Source of the DNA: a virus | IMG/VR virus record: IMGVR_UViG_3300020057_000496 | Span: 64,001 to 128,000 of that record | Length of the DNA: 64,000 nucleotides | Reading direction: 5' to 3' (one strand) | Part shown: positions 1 through 9,215 of the stretch, piece by piece | How positions within the stretch are numbered: the first letter of the stretch is position 1 | Layout of the letters: the number at the start of each line of letters is the position of its first letter | Notes under the pieces: generated by a model | What the model saw: only the letters and a program-made list of their open reading frames with translations | What the model was told of the DNA's origin: nothing | The model's database searches: none | Position numbers and translations under genes: made by a program

Positions 1-36
1 GGCACTAGTGCTCCAATCGAGACCAGCGGGCTCATG

Positions 37-242
37 CCGGATACTCGCGGCGAGAAAAGGCGTCGTATACCGGCAGCACGCTATAGATGTGGCAAGCGCG
101 CCAGATTGCCTCCTCTTTAGGCAACTGCCCAAAATCTGCCCGGATACTCGCGGCGAGAAAAGGCGTCGTATACCGGCAGCACGCTATAGATGTGGCAAGC
201 GCGCCAGATTGCCTCCTCTTTAGGCAACTGCCCAAAATCTGC
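37..242. repeat. Tandem duplication, 2 x ~103 bp
   Basis: ccggatactcgcggcgagaaaagg...cccaaaatctg starts at 37 and again at 140. Confidence 0.9.
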
Positions 243-504
243 AGTGAGCGATTCCATTGCGACGCGCAACGTCTCTACGAAGCCGAGCAGGTCGCTCGCG
301 ACCTGCTGCACATCTGCACATCCGCAACAGACTACCCGGTCCCCCGACCAAAATTCTGCCCCTCCATCGCAGCCTGGAGTTTCGCACGAACCCTCGAACT
401 CGACTGGGTGAGCGTCGTACTCCTCAAACATTCTCATGTTCCATCCTCCCCCTTACTTTGACCTAAAAGCATCGTTGGCGCTAGATAGCGCTATCAATGC
501 GTAC

Positions 505-1092
505 ACACTTAGCCGGTCTCACTAGCGGATCGTGCTAACTATTGAACCTTACTACGTTTCTTGTCGAGCCGTCGAGCTATCGCGCTATCGCGTCGATCGG
601 CGAGCCTTACATACTTAGCCGATCCCGCGAGCAATCGTGCTAAGTACTGAATTTTACTACGTTTCTTGTCGAGCCGTCGAGCCGTCGAGCTATCGCGCTA
701 TCGCGTCGATCGGCGAGCCTTACATACTTAGCCGATCCCGCGAGCAATCGTGCTAACTATTGAATTTTACTACGTTTCTTGTCGAGCCGTCGAGCTATCG
801 CGCTATCGCGCTATCGCGTCGATCGGCGAGTCTTACATACTTAGCCGATCCCGCGAGCAATCGTGCTAAGTACTGAATTTTACTACGTTTCTTGTCGAGC
901 CGTCGGTCGAGCCGTCGGTCGATCCGTCTAACCTTAGTCGTTTGTGCAGGCGAATCGGCGCAAGTATTGAACCTTGCACGACTTTCGATCCGTCGGTCGA
1001 GCCGTCGGTCGTTTCGATCCGTCGGTCGAGCCGTCGGTCGATCCGTCTAACCTTAGTCGTTTGTGCAGGCGAATCGGCGCAAGTATTGAACA
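505..1092. repeat. Complex imperfect tandem repeats (~120-bp unit x3-4, then a second unit x2, with nested gtcgagcc / ctatcgcg micro-repeats)
   Basis: Recurrent ttactacgtttcttgtcgagccgtcgagctatcgcg...cttagccgatcccgcgagcaatcgtgctaa; gatccgtctaaccttagtcgtttgtgcaggcgaatcggcgcaagtattgaa twice. Confidence 0.85.
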
Positions 1093-1210
1093 ACACTAAG
1101 GAAATAACACGTTAATTTTAAGCTAAACGCTTGACTTGCCCAGTATGGGGCTGATAGACGTGTTCTCGCCTCGCATGTCGCGGTGCGCGAAACCGAAGGG
1201 GAAGACCATC

Positions 1211-2407
1211 ATGGCAAAATTACTAACGACGCTAGAATCGGACGTGGCCAGAGTGGCGGAGACTGCTGCGGACCTGGCCGGCCGCATGGCGGCCGCCCGA
1301 ACGGCCGGCCAGCAGCGGACAAGACTAGCGCGGAGTGAAACGCGGCAAATTGCCGCGTACAAAGCGGAATCGGCTTATTTGGATACGCTTCGCGCCGATA
1401 CGGCCGAGCGTATCATGCGTGATGCTGCGGCTTACGGCTTGCCACATCCTGACGTCGCATTGGGAGGGCAATGGGAAGCAGCGATGGAGCGCGGGATTTT
1501 CGACCTATCGCGCCCCCGCGCAACGTCAGAGAACGTGCCGTATTCGCGGCTGTATCACGCCGAGTGTGAAGGGTACGTAGCGAACGATTACGGCAGCGTG
1601 TCGGCGGAGCGCGTGCATGCGCTAGCGCATGTCCGCGCGTCCGATTCTGCCCGCCATGTGGCAGGCGTAGCCTATTTGGTGCTGCGCACGGAGCAGGCAT
1701 GCCCTGAAGGCGATCGCCTTCGCGTTGTCTTTGCCGCGCACGTCGACCGCGTCACACTTGAAAGTCTGCTGCTCCAGCTTCGCGAGCACGTTGCCGTCGA
1801 CGGCGCATTGCCAGCTAAAATCAAGGTATTCGATGGGGTGAACCCTAGTGGTCGGGCACTGTGGATCGACTGGAACCGAGCGAAAGAAGAGGCGAGAAGG
1901 GAAGGGATAACGGGTACGCGCGCTGCCATGGTGCGCGCGGAAGCGCTTGTCGCCACGATCGTGGCAGAAATCGACGACGTGCCGCGTCCCCCTAGCGGCC
2001 CAGACGCACTGCGTCTCGACCGCCTGCACGCGCGCCTGCAGTCCACACAGGCGCTGCTTGTGGCCGCGCAGGCTGCTGCGGACGAAGACGTAGCTCCAGA
2101 TCGTAGCGCAGCGCAGGCTGCGCTTGAGCGTTGGACGGACGCTCAAGAGCGAGACAGCCTGCCGACCGAACCCAAGCCGCGCAAGCGGACGCGCAAAATC
2201 AAGACGTGCGCGGCGCTTCGTTCCAGTGATCCTGCGAGCAGCTATGAGACGCTACGCGCCCACCAGGCGCTTGTGGCCTCGCTCGCGCCGATGCCAGTAC
2301 GCGCAGTGTCACGACCTGCACGTCCCCCGGTTTCGACTGGGGTGCACGATCGCGCAGGGAGACCCGTGCCTGCTTGGGTACTGGCGGATCGTTCAAAATC
2401 AATGTAA
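1211..2407 (+). CDS. Hypothetical protein (~398 aa)
   Basis: Long ORF; gaagggga-type RBS before ATG 1211; no recognised motif. Confidence 0.65.
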   Translation: MAKLLTTLESDVARVAETAADLAGRMAAARTAGQQRTRLARSETRQIAAYKAESAYLDTLRADTAERIMRDAAAYGLPHPDVALGGQWEAAMERGIFDLSRPRATSENVPYSRLYHAECEGYVANDYGSVSAERVHALAHVRASDSARHVAGVAYLVLRTEQACPEGDRLRVVFAAHVDRVTLESLLLQLREHVAVDGALPAKIKVFDGVNPSGRALWIDWNRAKEEARREGITGTRAAMVRAEALVATIVAEIDDVPRPPSGPDALRLDRLHARLQSTQALLVAAQAAADEDVAPDRSAAQAALERWTDAQERDSLPTEPKPRKRTRKIKTCAALRSSDPASSYETLRAHQALVASLAPMPVRAVSRPARPPVSTGVHDRAGRPVPAWVLADRSKSM

Positions 2408-2943
2408 CAGTACGCACGCTTCGCAAGACTGGCGATGGTCGCTCGACCATCGCCAGTCTTGCGTTCAAAGCTTGACTTCGATTTTCCGCAAGCTAGAGTG
2501 AGACCTATGGGAATCCTTGAGCTTGCGTTGACTGCATTTGGTTTCGCTTTCGCTTTCGCCTCGATCTGTTTCTTGAGCCTGCAGGAATAAGTGAGCCTGC
2601 AGGAATAAGACGCTTCGCTTAAATGGGCGATGGTTCCTCGACCATCGCCCATTTTCTTGCGATCCTGCCCACAGTAGAACGTTGTTCTAGAATCCAGAAT
2701 CAAACGACGTTTGCGGAAATGCCCCAAACGGCGTAGCTGCGTTTGTTTGAGCTAGGTAAGGGTAGGCTATCACCTGCCCTTGCCGTGCTCGCCAGCAAGC
2801 TCCTAGCGCTATCTAGGGCATGGCGAAAGAAAAGCGTAACCACAACCTGTGGTGTAGGTAGGCGCTTGCTACCGCTACTAATGGTGGTCGCCATATAAGC
2901 AAAGGTCGTTGCATAAGTCGCGCAGCATAAGCTAGGCTTCTCA

Positions 2944-3033
2944 AAAGCTGAAAGCTCGAAAGCTGAAAGCTCGAAAGCTGAAAGCTCGAAAGCTGAAAGC
3001 TCGAAAGCTGAAAGCTCGAAAGCTGAAAGCTCG
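2944..3033. repeat. 15-bp tandem repeat x6 (aaagctgaaagctcg)
   Basis: Directly visible. Confidence 0.95.
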
Positions 3034-3111
3034 GGACTTGGCTTGTTCGCTCGCTGAATTCTTTGCTTGTCTCTTGCCTGCTCATCTCGCTCTGTCAAGT
3101 AAGAATTCAAA

Positions 3112-3203
3112 TGACGTCAGTATAAAAATACGAATTGACGTCAGTATAAAAATACGAATTGACGTCAACTAAGAATACGAATTGACGTCAACTAAGAATA
3201 CGA
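3112..3203. repeat. ~23-24-bp repeat x4 containing palindromic TGACGTCA (iteron/operator-like)
   Basis: tgacgtcagtataaaaatacgaat x2, then tgacgtcaactaagaatacga x2. Confidence 0.85.
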
Positions 3204-4117
3204 TGTCGAAGTACGACATCTTACGTCAACTACAAAAAGAAGTGCCGTCAAGCACAAAGTTGGTTCCTTCGCTCGCTCAATTCTTTGCTTGTCTCCTGCC
3301 TGCTTCGCTCGCTCTGTTTTTTTTGATTGACAAGTGCCGTTCGGCCATATCTGTGCTTGACACCAACTTTTTACTTGACATGACTCTAGAATGAGCGAAT
3401 GAGCGGCGTTCGGCCATAACTGTGCTTGAACTTGTTGCTTGACACAAACTTTATTCTTGACATCTGTCAACATAACAATTTGCACTGTGAGTGTCAATAC
3501 AAAAGATGGGACCCTATGCCGGTCCAATTTTCTGTTTGACAGGGTGGGGGGGTAGTGCTAGTGATAGTCGTGAAGATGATTCAAAATGACACGTAACCCT
3601 ATGCGGGTGGTTAGAAGTATTTCCGGGTAAGGTTATGTGGTTTATATATGTATATTTGCGTACTAAAAGACGCCAAAGTTCCAAAACAGAGCGAATAAGG
3701 GAAGGTAAGAGAGAAGAATGAATTGAATTGAGCGAATGAACCAAGTTCGAGCTTAATGAGGGGGCCTAGGTAGTCCGGGCGCCACGTCGGTGTCTCAATT
3801 TGAGTGATAATGGGTTACACTTCGACCCTGGCGGCTGCATCCGCATGCCAGGTGACGTAGACAGGGTGGTCTGAGCGTCGGAGGGGTTCTTGTTTGGGGA
3901 GGTTGTCCTTAACGCGTAACCGGCAGTGGGTGGTATTAAGTAGACATACGCGTTAAGTTTTCGCTTGATGTTAGACAAGGAATAGGTAGCTTTTTATTTA
4001 AGTTACGTAGTTAGACCACAACATGTAGTGGTCGAAGGTAGTGGAACCACAATATGTAGTGGTTTTAGGGCAAGAAGACAGCGTGAAAAGGATTAATCGA
4101 TAACGACACTTCGGCGG

Positions 4118-4321
4118 TTAGAAGTATTTCCAGGTAAGGTTATGCGGTTTTCGTGTACGTTCTGGTTGCCAGCCCCAAGCTGCGCTCAGGTAATGACCGT
4201 GGGCTGTACAGTTCGGAAAGTCCACACACAGATAGACAGGCAAGACGGGCTCGCGAATGATGCAACTAAATCCAGAGACCAGGTACTTACCGAAGTAGCC
4301 GGTACGAATTGTATATAACAA
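4118..4321 (-). CDS. MLYHIRTDY-family small protein (MLYTIRTGYF...)
   Basis: TTG start at 4321 after aagggg RBS; shared N-terminal motif. Confidence 0.75.
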   Translation of the reverse strand: MLYTIRTGYFGKYLVSGFSCIIREPVLPVYLCVDFPNCTAHGHYLSAAWGWQPERTRKPHNLTWKYF

Positions 4322-4349
4322 GAGGTCCCCTTTTAGATACTGAACGGCG

Positions 4350-4523
4350 TTACTCCCCGGTACTAACCTGCACTGTATGCCAGGATTTACCATCTTTACT
4401 TTTCAGTAAGTAAACTTTATACTCCCTTGAGTAAGAGGCGTGTTCCTCTCCGCTAGCGTCGAAGCAGGCATCGTCAAGGACATCCCCGTACCGCCAGTAG
4501 TCTGTTTTAATGTGATACAACAT
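4350..4523 (-). CDS. MLYHIRTDY-family small protein (MLYHIKTDYW...)
   Basis: Motif at ATG 4523; hairpin repeat 2 nt upstream. Confidence 0.8.
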   Translation of the reverse strand: MLYHIKTDYWRYGDVLDDACFDASGEEHASYSREYKVYLLKSKDGKSWHTVQVSTGE

Positions 4524-4557
4524 AAGATGTTGATACCTCGACATCGAGACTAGTATA

Positions 4558-4731
4558 TTACCTTAATTGAGTCCAGCGCAGACTGCCGCCCAGCATCACT
4601 AGAATGATATAGTGTTTAGTCCTTTTATTGTGGGCCACATGTTCAATTTCGTATTCGTCGAAAAAAGCATCCATAAACACACCTCCGCCCCATGCCGGCC
4701 GGAAGTAATCTGTTCGAATGTGATATAGCAT
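4558..4731 (-). CDS. MLYHIRTDY-family small protein, subfamily A (57 aa, not in ORF track)
   Basis: Hand translation MLYHIRTDYFRPAWGGGVFMDAFFDEYEIEHVAHNKRTKHYIILVMLGGSLRWTQLR; paralogue of 5160, 6568, 9926. Confidence 0.85.
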   Translation of the reverse strand: MLYHIRTDYFRPAWGGGVFMDAFFDEYEIEHVAHNKRTKHYIILVMLGGSLRWTQLR

Positions 4732-4864
4732 ACGTACGCGAAGGGGACGGAAGCATTACGTACGCGAAGGGGACGGAAGCATTACGTACGCGAAGGGGAC
4801 GGAAGCATTACGTACGCGAAGGGGACGGAAGCATTACGTACGCGAAGGGGACGGAAGCATTACG
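4731..4864. repeat. 26-bp tandem repeat x5 (tacgtacgcgaaggggacggaagcat)
   Basis: Directly visible; related to the repeats at 7939 and 9442. Confidence 0.95.
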
Positions 4865-5054
4865 CCATAACTCGACTTACCACCTTACCTGTCGCGCCAC
4901 TCCAAATATAGACCTTATTTGGGTTTTTAATATAAAAGTAAACATAGCTCCCCGACTGAAACTGTACATCGAAACCGGGTTCTTCTCGCTCGGTCTGGAT
5001 ATTTTCATAGTCATTAAACCTTTCCCAGTAACTTGTATTTAAAGTATACAGCAA
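4860..5054 (-). CDS. MLYHIRTDY-family small protein, subfamily C (MLYTLNTSYWERF...)
   Basis: Paralogue of 5628..5813. Confidence 0.8.
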   Translation of the reverse strand: MLYTLNTSYWERFNDYENIQTEREEPGFDVQFQSGSYVYFYIKNPNKVYIWSGATGKVVSRVMA

Positions 5055-5159
5055 AATGTCACCCGACTGAGAGGTGTCGATACTTCGACATCCAGGGCCA
5101 CGCGGACACGCCCGGCAGCGCTAAGATGAGGTGTCGTACTTCGATATCGGATTAGTATA

Positions 5160-5336
5160 TTACCTTAATTTGACCCAATTTAAGTCCCCGCACAGCATAA
5201 CGAGGACGATATGGTGTTTAGTTATCTTATTATAGGCAACATGTTCAAGTCCGTGTTCGTCGAGAAACGCGTCCAGGAACATGCCTCCGCCGCCAGCCCC
5301 TGGCCGGAAGTAGTCTGTTCGAATATAATAAAGCAC
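5160..5336 (-). CDS. MLYHIRTDY-family small protein, subfamily A
   Basis: GTG start, LYYIRTDYFRP...DAFLDEHGLEHVAY...WVKLR. Confidence 0.85.
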   Translation of the reverse strand: MLYYIRTDYFRPGAGGGGMFLDAFLDEHGLEHVAYNKITKHHIVLVMLCGDLNWVKLR

Positions 5337-5411
5337 GAGGTGTCCTAAGATGCCGTATATGGCATCTTGAGATGTCGCATACAACATCATATTGGTATTT
5401 TAAATGATCAA

Positions 5412-5627
5412 CTAACGGAAGTTAATAACACTATATTCTCTATTACTCCCAGCTTTTTTACGATGCCAAGACCAAGCCGGAAACTTATTATGGGCCGGAG
5501 TGCCTTCACAGAACGGCTCGACGCACGTCAGAATAGTGCCGGGTTCTTGATCAAAGAATACAATCCGCAGGCACGGAACGAAGCTCCGTGGCTGCGTCCA
5601 GTAGTCTGTTCGAATATGATACAACAC
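5412..5627 (-). CDS. MLYHIRTDY-family small protein (Cys/His-containing)
   Basis: MLYHIRTDYWTQPR...VPC; N-terminal similarity to 11265 member. Confidence 0.85.
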   Translation of the reverse strand: MLYHIRTDYWTQPRSFVPCLRIVFFDQEPGTILTCVEPFCEGTPAHNKFPAWSWHRKKAGSNREYSVINFR

Positions 5628-5813
5628 TTACCGTCTCAACCGAGTCGGTCCATTATGGACGCGAAGCGGACAGAAAGCATTGAGCCACATAAAGACCTTG
5701 TCTGGGTCGCTAACGTAGAAGAAAGCGTACTGAGCGGCGAACTGCACCTCAAAGCCGTCCAGTTCACCGCTCCGAAACCTTTCCCAGTAACTAGTCTTTA
5801 AAGTATACAGCAC
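5628..5813 (-). CDS. MLYHIRTDY-family small protein, subfamily C
   Basis: GTG start LYTLKTSYWERF...GFEVQF; hairpin upstream. Confidence 0.8.
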   Translation of the reverse strand: MLYTLKTSYWERFRSGELDGFEVQFAAQYAFFYVSDPDKVFMWLNAFCPLRVHNGPTRLRR

Positions 5814-5848
5814 GTTACGTGAGATGTCGATACTTCGGCATCGAGGTC

Positions 5849-6031
5849 CTATTTTACCCGAACCCATTGTAGACTCCCTCTCAGTATAACAAGGACGATA
5901 CAGTGCCCAGTCTTTTGATGATAGGTCACATGTGCAAGTCCGCCCTCGTCGAAAAATGTAAGATTAATACGATTAATGTCAGTCTGGTGTGGATAAACGT
6001 CCCAGTAGTCTGTTCGAATATGATATAGCAT
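5849..6031 (-). CDS. MLYHIRTDY-family small protein, apparent chimera
   Basis: First 24 aa identical to 6074 member; remainder subfamily A-like (FFDEGGLAHV...WVRVK). Confidence 0.85.
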   Translation of the reverse strand: MLYHIRTDYWDVYPHQTDINRINLTFFDEGGLAHVTYHQKTGHCIVLVILRGSLQWVRVK

Positions 6032-6073
6032 CACATACACTTAGTGGACGGAAGAATTACTTAAGTGATGAAA

Positions 6074-6289
6074 TTAGCGGAAACATACCTCTCGCCAACT
6101 ACGCCAGGCCCAGACTGGGTACTCATTATGAATCGAGATCCTCGCACAAGGCAAGTTGGAGCACATCCCGACACAGTGTCCGTCGGCGTCCTCCATGAAC
6201 GCGAAACGCGCGCACTTAAGATTAATACGATTAATGTCAGTCTGGTGTGGATAAACGTCCCAGTAGTCTGTTCGAATATGATATAGCAC
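6074..6289 (-). CDS. MLYHIRTDY-family small protein (Cys-rich)
   Basis: Shared motif. Confidence 0.85.
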   Translation of the reverse strand: MLYHIRTDYWDVYPHQTDINRINLKCARFAFMEDADGHCVGMCSNLPCARISIHNEYPVWAWRSWREVCFR

Positions 6290-6333
6290 GAGATGAGATG
6301 CCTTTCTCTAATCTTGCTTGATACCGAAGGGGT

Positions 6334-6522
6334 CTACCTAACCCGAAGCCAGTCTCTCTGGGTCCAGGAGTACCACATGGAACTACCTTTTAGTATCTTA
6401 TCTCTTAAACTATCGACATTCATAAGGAAGTCCGGGGTCCCTAAGTAGTCCGAGAACGCCTGAAGCTCAGCACCGAAGTTCGAAGCCGGAACTAAATAGT
6501 CTGTTCGAATGTGATATAGCAA
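6334..6522 (-). CDS. MLYHIRTDY-family small protein, subfamily B
   Basis: LVPASNFGAELQAF...GTPDF...MWYSW...WLRVR; paralogue of 8795, 9012. Confidence 0.85.
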   Translation of the reverse strand: MLYHIRTDYLVPASNFGAELQAFSDYLGTPDFLMNVDSLRDKILKGSSMWYSWTQRDWLRVR

Positions 6523-6567
6523 GGTGTCGTCCTCGGATACCGAGAGATGTCGTACTTCGACTTCGTG

Positions 6568-6804
6568 CTACCTTACCCGAACCCACTGCAGACGACCGCC
6601 CAGCATAACGAGGACGATATAGTGCTCAGTTCTTTTACGATAGGCCACATGTTCAAGTCCGCCTTCGTCAATGAATGCGTCCAGGAATAGCCCACCGTCA
6701 TAGGCCACATGTTCAAGTCCGCCTTCGTCAATGAATGCGTCCAGGAATAGCCCACCGTCATTTTGGTCTGGCTGGAAGTAATCTGTTCGAATACGATACA
6801 ACAT
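6568..6804 (-). CDS. MLYHIRTDY-family small protein, subfamily A, with in-frame 60-bp internal duplication
   Basis: MLYRIRTDYF; DGGLFLDAFIDEGGLEHVAY occurs twice. Confidence 0.85.
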   Translation of the reverse strand: MLYRIRTDYFQPDQNDGGLFLDAFIDEGGLEHVAYDGGLFLDAFIDEGGLEHVAYRKRTEHYIVLVMLGGRLQWVRVR

Positions 6805-6829
6805 TATGGTTACGATGGAGTATGATTTA

Positions 6830-7015
6830 TCAACATAGGTTAAGGAACTTAATGTCGTAAATCCAGGAACCATTAGATATCCGTGGTGGTAGATGGTACG
6901 GGCAGTACGGGTAATCATTACACCTAAAATACAACCCACTCCCTACCTTACAGTAAACCACGCACTTAGCACGACCATATGGGGTTACGTGCCCTGTAAA
7001 TATTCTATATAACAT
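6830..7015 (-). CDS. Divergent MLYHIRTDY-family small protein (MLYRIFTGH...)
   Basis: Motif variant; same size and strand as the array. Confidence 0.65.
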   Translation of the reverse strand: MLYRIFTGHVTPYGRAKCVVYCKVGSGLYFRCNDYPYCPYHLPPRISNGSWIYDIKFLNLC

Positions 7016-7553
7016 TTAGGACACGAAGGACGAAGGTTCGGATCCTAGCTAGAACGAAGTCACGGTCCGAGAACTCCTCTTCTGAGATTTCAAGGAGACT
7101 TATTCTACGTTCCAGCAGGAAGAGTCTCTTATTCGAACCACTCCGGATACTGCCCTTGGTGGCGTGCCAGAAGGACCCGTTGGCCTCTATGGCTAGATGG
7201 AGGGCTGGGAGCCAGCAATCCACTACGTACTTCTCGCCAACCAGGGCCTGCTCTTCGTATTCGAACCCCAGTTCCTGCTGAAGTTCGAGCAGGACGTCGT
7301 TAAGGGCATCTTCGATCCAAGTCCGTGGCATGCTACGGACGGCACAGAGGTGCGAGCAATACCGGTCCCTTCCGCGTCTCATATTGCCAGCCTTACGGTA
7401 TAGCGGAAGGCCGCATTCGAGGCAAGTGGAGAGTCCGCCGCCGCGACGTCCGGCGTCCCACTGCTCCCATATCTTGCGGCAGACCTGGCCGCAGAAGGTG
7501 GTCAGCCTCCGTGACGACAAGAAGGGGTAGCTACAGGAAAGACAGAACCGCAT
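7005..7553 (-). CDS. Zn-ribbon + DUF559/Vsr-like PD-(D/E)XK endonuclease (homing-endonuclease-like)
   Basis: CxxC...FCxxxC repeats; WIEDAL...YEEQALVGEKYVVDCWLPALHLAIEANGSFWH. Confidence 0.7.
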   Translation of the reverse strand: MRFCLSCSYPFLSSRRLTTFCGQVCRKIWEQWDAGRRGGGLSTCLECGLPLYRKAGNMRRGRDRYCSHLCAVRSMPRTWIEDALNDVLLELQQELGFEYEEQALVGEKYVVDCWLPALHLAIEANGSFWHATKGSIRSGSNKRLFLLERRISLLEISEEEFSDRDFVLARIRTFVLRVLNVI

Positions 7554-7730
7554 TGGTGCATCCTTGTTGAGTCGTACTTCGACTTACTTACGACGGAAGA
7601 ATTAGTGCAATCGATATTTGATTCGCCCAAGTCCACCATTAGGATACCTGACTAAGGTCAAGGCCCCCAGAACACCGAGATTCAGCCTGGGCACGGTCCG
7701 CTAACCCAGTAAGCTGTTTTAATATTAGAA

Positions 7731-7943
7731 TTACCAAACGAAGTAGTGCTGTTTTCCTTCAACATATCGCCAAGCCTGGAAGCTTCTGGGGGACCTCGTG
7801 AAGTGATTCCGGCATTTCGGGTGTTCTGTGCACAGATATGTCCCTTCCCCTGGATGCCCCTCAACACGCGGGCCGATCTTCAGCACGCATGGATAAAACC
7901 CTGGGTCAGCGTACAGGTAGTCTGTTTTTATGTGATATAGCAT
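7731..7943 (-). CDS. MLYHIRTDY-family small protein (MLYHIKTDYL..., Cys/His)
   Basis: Shared motif. Confidence 0.85.
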   Translation of the reverse strand: MLYHIKTDYLYADPGFYPCVLKIGPRVEGHPGEGTYLCTEHPKCRNHFTRSPRSFQAWRYVEGKQHYFVW

Positions 7944-8070
7944 TATGGACCCGAAGGGGACAGAAGCATTATGGACCCGAAGGGGACAGAAGCATTATGG
8001 ACCCGAAGGGGACAGAAGCATTATGGACCCGAAGGGGACAGAAGCATTATGGACCCGAAGGGGACAGAAG
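7939..8070. repeat. 26-bp tandem repeat x5 (agcattatggacccgaaggggacaga) overlapping the start codon of the 7731 ORF
   Basis: Directly visible; two identical copies also at 9442-9493. Confidence 0.95.
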
Positions 8071-8150
8071 GATTATTAAGACCGGCTAATTACACAACTC
8101 TGATCCAGTCCTTTTTAACCCAAGAGTACCAATTGCGTCAAGCTCCGTCA
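8069..8150 (-). promoter_or_regulatory. Duplicated ~80-bp module with putative sigma70-like promoter pointing into the array
   Basis: Minus strand TTGACG-17/18 nt-(T)TAAAAA; near-identical copy at ~9520-9601. Confidence 0.45.
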
Positions 8151-8380
8151 CCAGAAGTCATCGCTTCTTGCCCCCTGGCGCCCGATTCCGGCAACTGTTG
8201 CCGGAATCGTTGCCGGAATGGGCGGCCGGAAACCGGGGAAGCGGTACGAGTCGGAGAGATGACGGCGAGGTCTCGGCAATGGCATCGCGCAATCATGCCG
8301 AGTTTTCGCAGCGGCTCAACCCCTCCCTGAGCCGCTTCCGGAGCGGGTTTTCTCCTTCTCAACCCTGCTCGGCTACCCAC

Positions 8381-8524
8381 TCAAACCCCCGAAGAGCCAA
8401 TATTAAGAAAGAGGTCCGAAGTATTCAGACAGTCGAGGTCCGAAGTATGCAGACAGCCACTGAACGCACAAAGCCAGGAGCCGACAGCCAAAACTAGATA
8501 ATCTGTTCGAATAGTATATAACAT
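8381..8524 (-). CDS. Truncated subfamily B-like MLYHIRTDY member (47 aa, not in ORF track)
   Basis: Hand translation MLYTIRTDYLVLAVGSWLCAFSGCLHTSDLDCLNTSDLFLNIGSSGV*; hairpin 2 nt upstream; ends at a GC-rich insert. Confidence 0.7.
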   Translation of the reverse strand: MLYTIRTDYLVLAVGSWLCAFSGCLHTSDLDCLNTSDLFLNIGSSGV

Positions 8525-8549
8525 GAGATGTCGTACTTCGACTCATGAA

Positions 8550-8747
8550 TCATGCGTTCATTATTAGGAAGTTCCCGTTAACCGTACAGACCCACTTATT
8601 TTTATGCAGACGGCACGCGCCGTCGAGACATGTTATATATATAAATGGGTCCCAGCCTTGCTTTCCCGGAAAATAGACCAACCGTATACAGCTTGCTGCG
8701 CCGTTACCAGCAGTGCCTAGCCAATTTGTTTTGATAGTATACAACAT
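8550..8747 (-). CDS. MLYHIRTDY-family small protein (MLYTIKTNW...)
   Basis: Motif variant. Confidence 0.75.
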   Translation of the reverse strand: MLYTIKTNWLGTAGNGAASCIRLVYFPGKQGWDPFIYITCLDGACRLHKNKWVCTVNGNFLIMNA

Positions 8748-8794
8748 GGGTAGTTTAAGTAACAACCACGTGTCGCACCTGACACCGAAGGGGC

Positions 8795-8989
8795 CTACTT
8801 AACCCGAAGCCAGCCCCCCCGGGTCCAGGAGTACCACATAGAACTACCTTTTGGTATCGAAGGTCTGAGAAAAGGCCTGTTGATATTCATAAAGAAATCC
8901 GGTGTCCCCCAGTACTCCGAGAACGCCTGAAGCTCGGCACCGAAGTCCGAAGCCGGAACTAAATAGTCTGTTTTAATGTGATATAACAT
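8795..8989 (-). CDS. MLYHIRTDY-family small protein, subfamily B
   Basis: Close paralogue of 6334. Confidence 0.85.
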   Translation of the reverse strand: MLYHIKTDYLVPASDFGAELQAFSEYWGTPDFFMNINRPFLRPSIPKGSSMWYSWTRGGWLRVK

Positions 8990-9011
8990 GCGGCACCTAC
9001 GTTAAGGGGCC

Positions 9012-9209
9012 TTACCGGACGCGAACCCAGGTCTTCCTAGCCCAGGAGTACCACATCGAACCACCTTCTGGTATCGGATATTCGCATTTAATGGACCTTT
9101 CAATATTAATAAAGAAGTCCGGTGTCCCCCAGTAATCCGGGAACGCCTGAAGCTCGGCTTTAAGACTCATAGCCGGAATTAAATGGTCTGTTCGAATATG
9201 ATACAGCAC
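9012..9209 (-). CDS. MLYHIRTDY-family small protein, subfamily B
   Basis: MLYHIRTDHLIPA...AELQAF...GTPDFF...WVRVR. Confidence 0.85.
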   Translation of the reverse strand: MLYHIRTDHLIPAMSLKAELQAFPDYWGTPDFFINIERSIKCEYPIPEGGSMWYSWARKTWVRVR

Positions 9210-9215
9210 GGCGCA

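Noticed and set aside
2700-3110. ORFs with ELSAF / SSFQL repeats
   Set aside because: Translations of the 15-bp DNA tandem repeat; no other coding evidence
4692-8330. Plus-strand ORFs through the 26-bp repeats (4692..5042, 7838..8089, 7971..8330)
   Set aside because: Repeat read-through, antisense to the array
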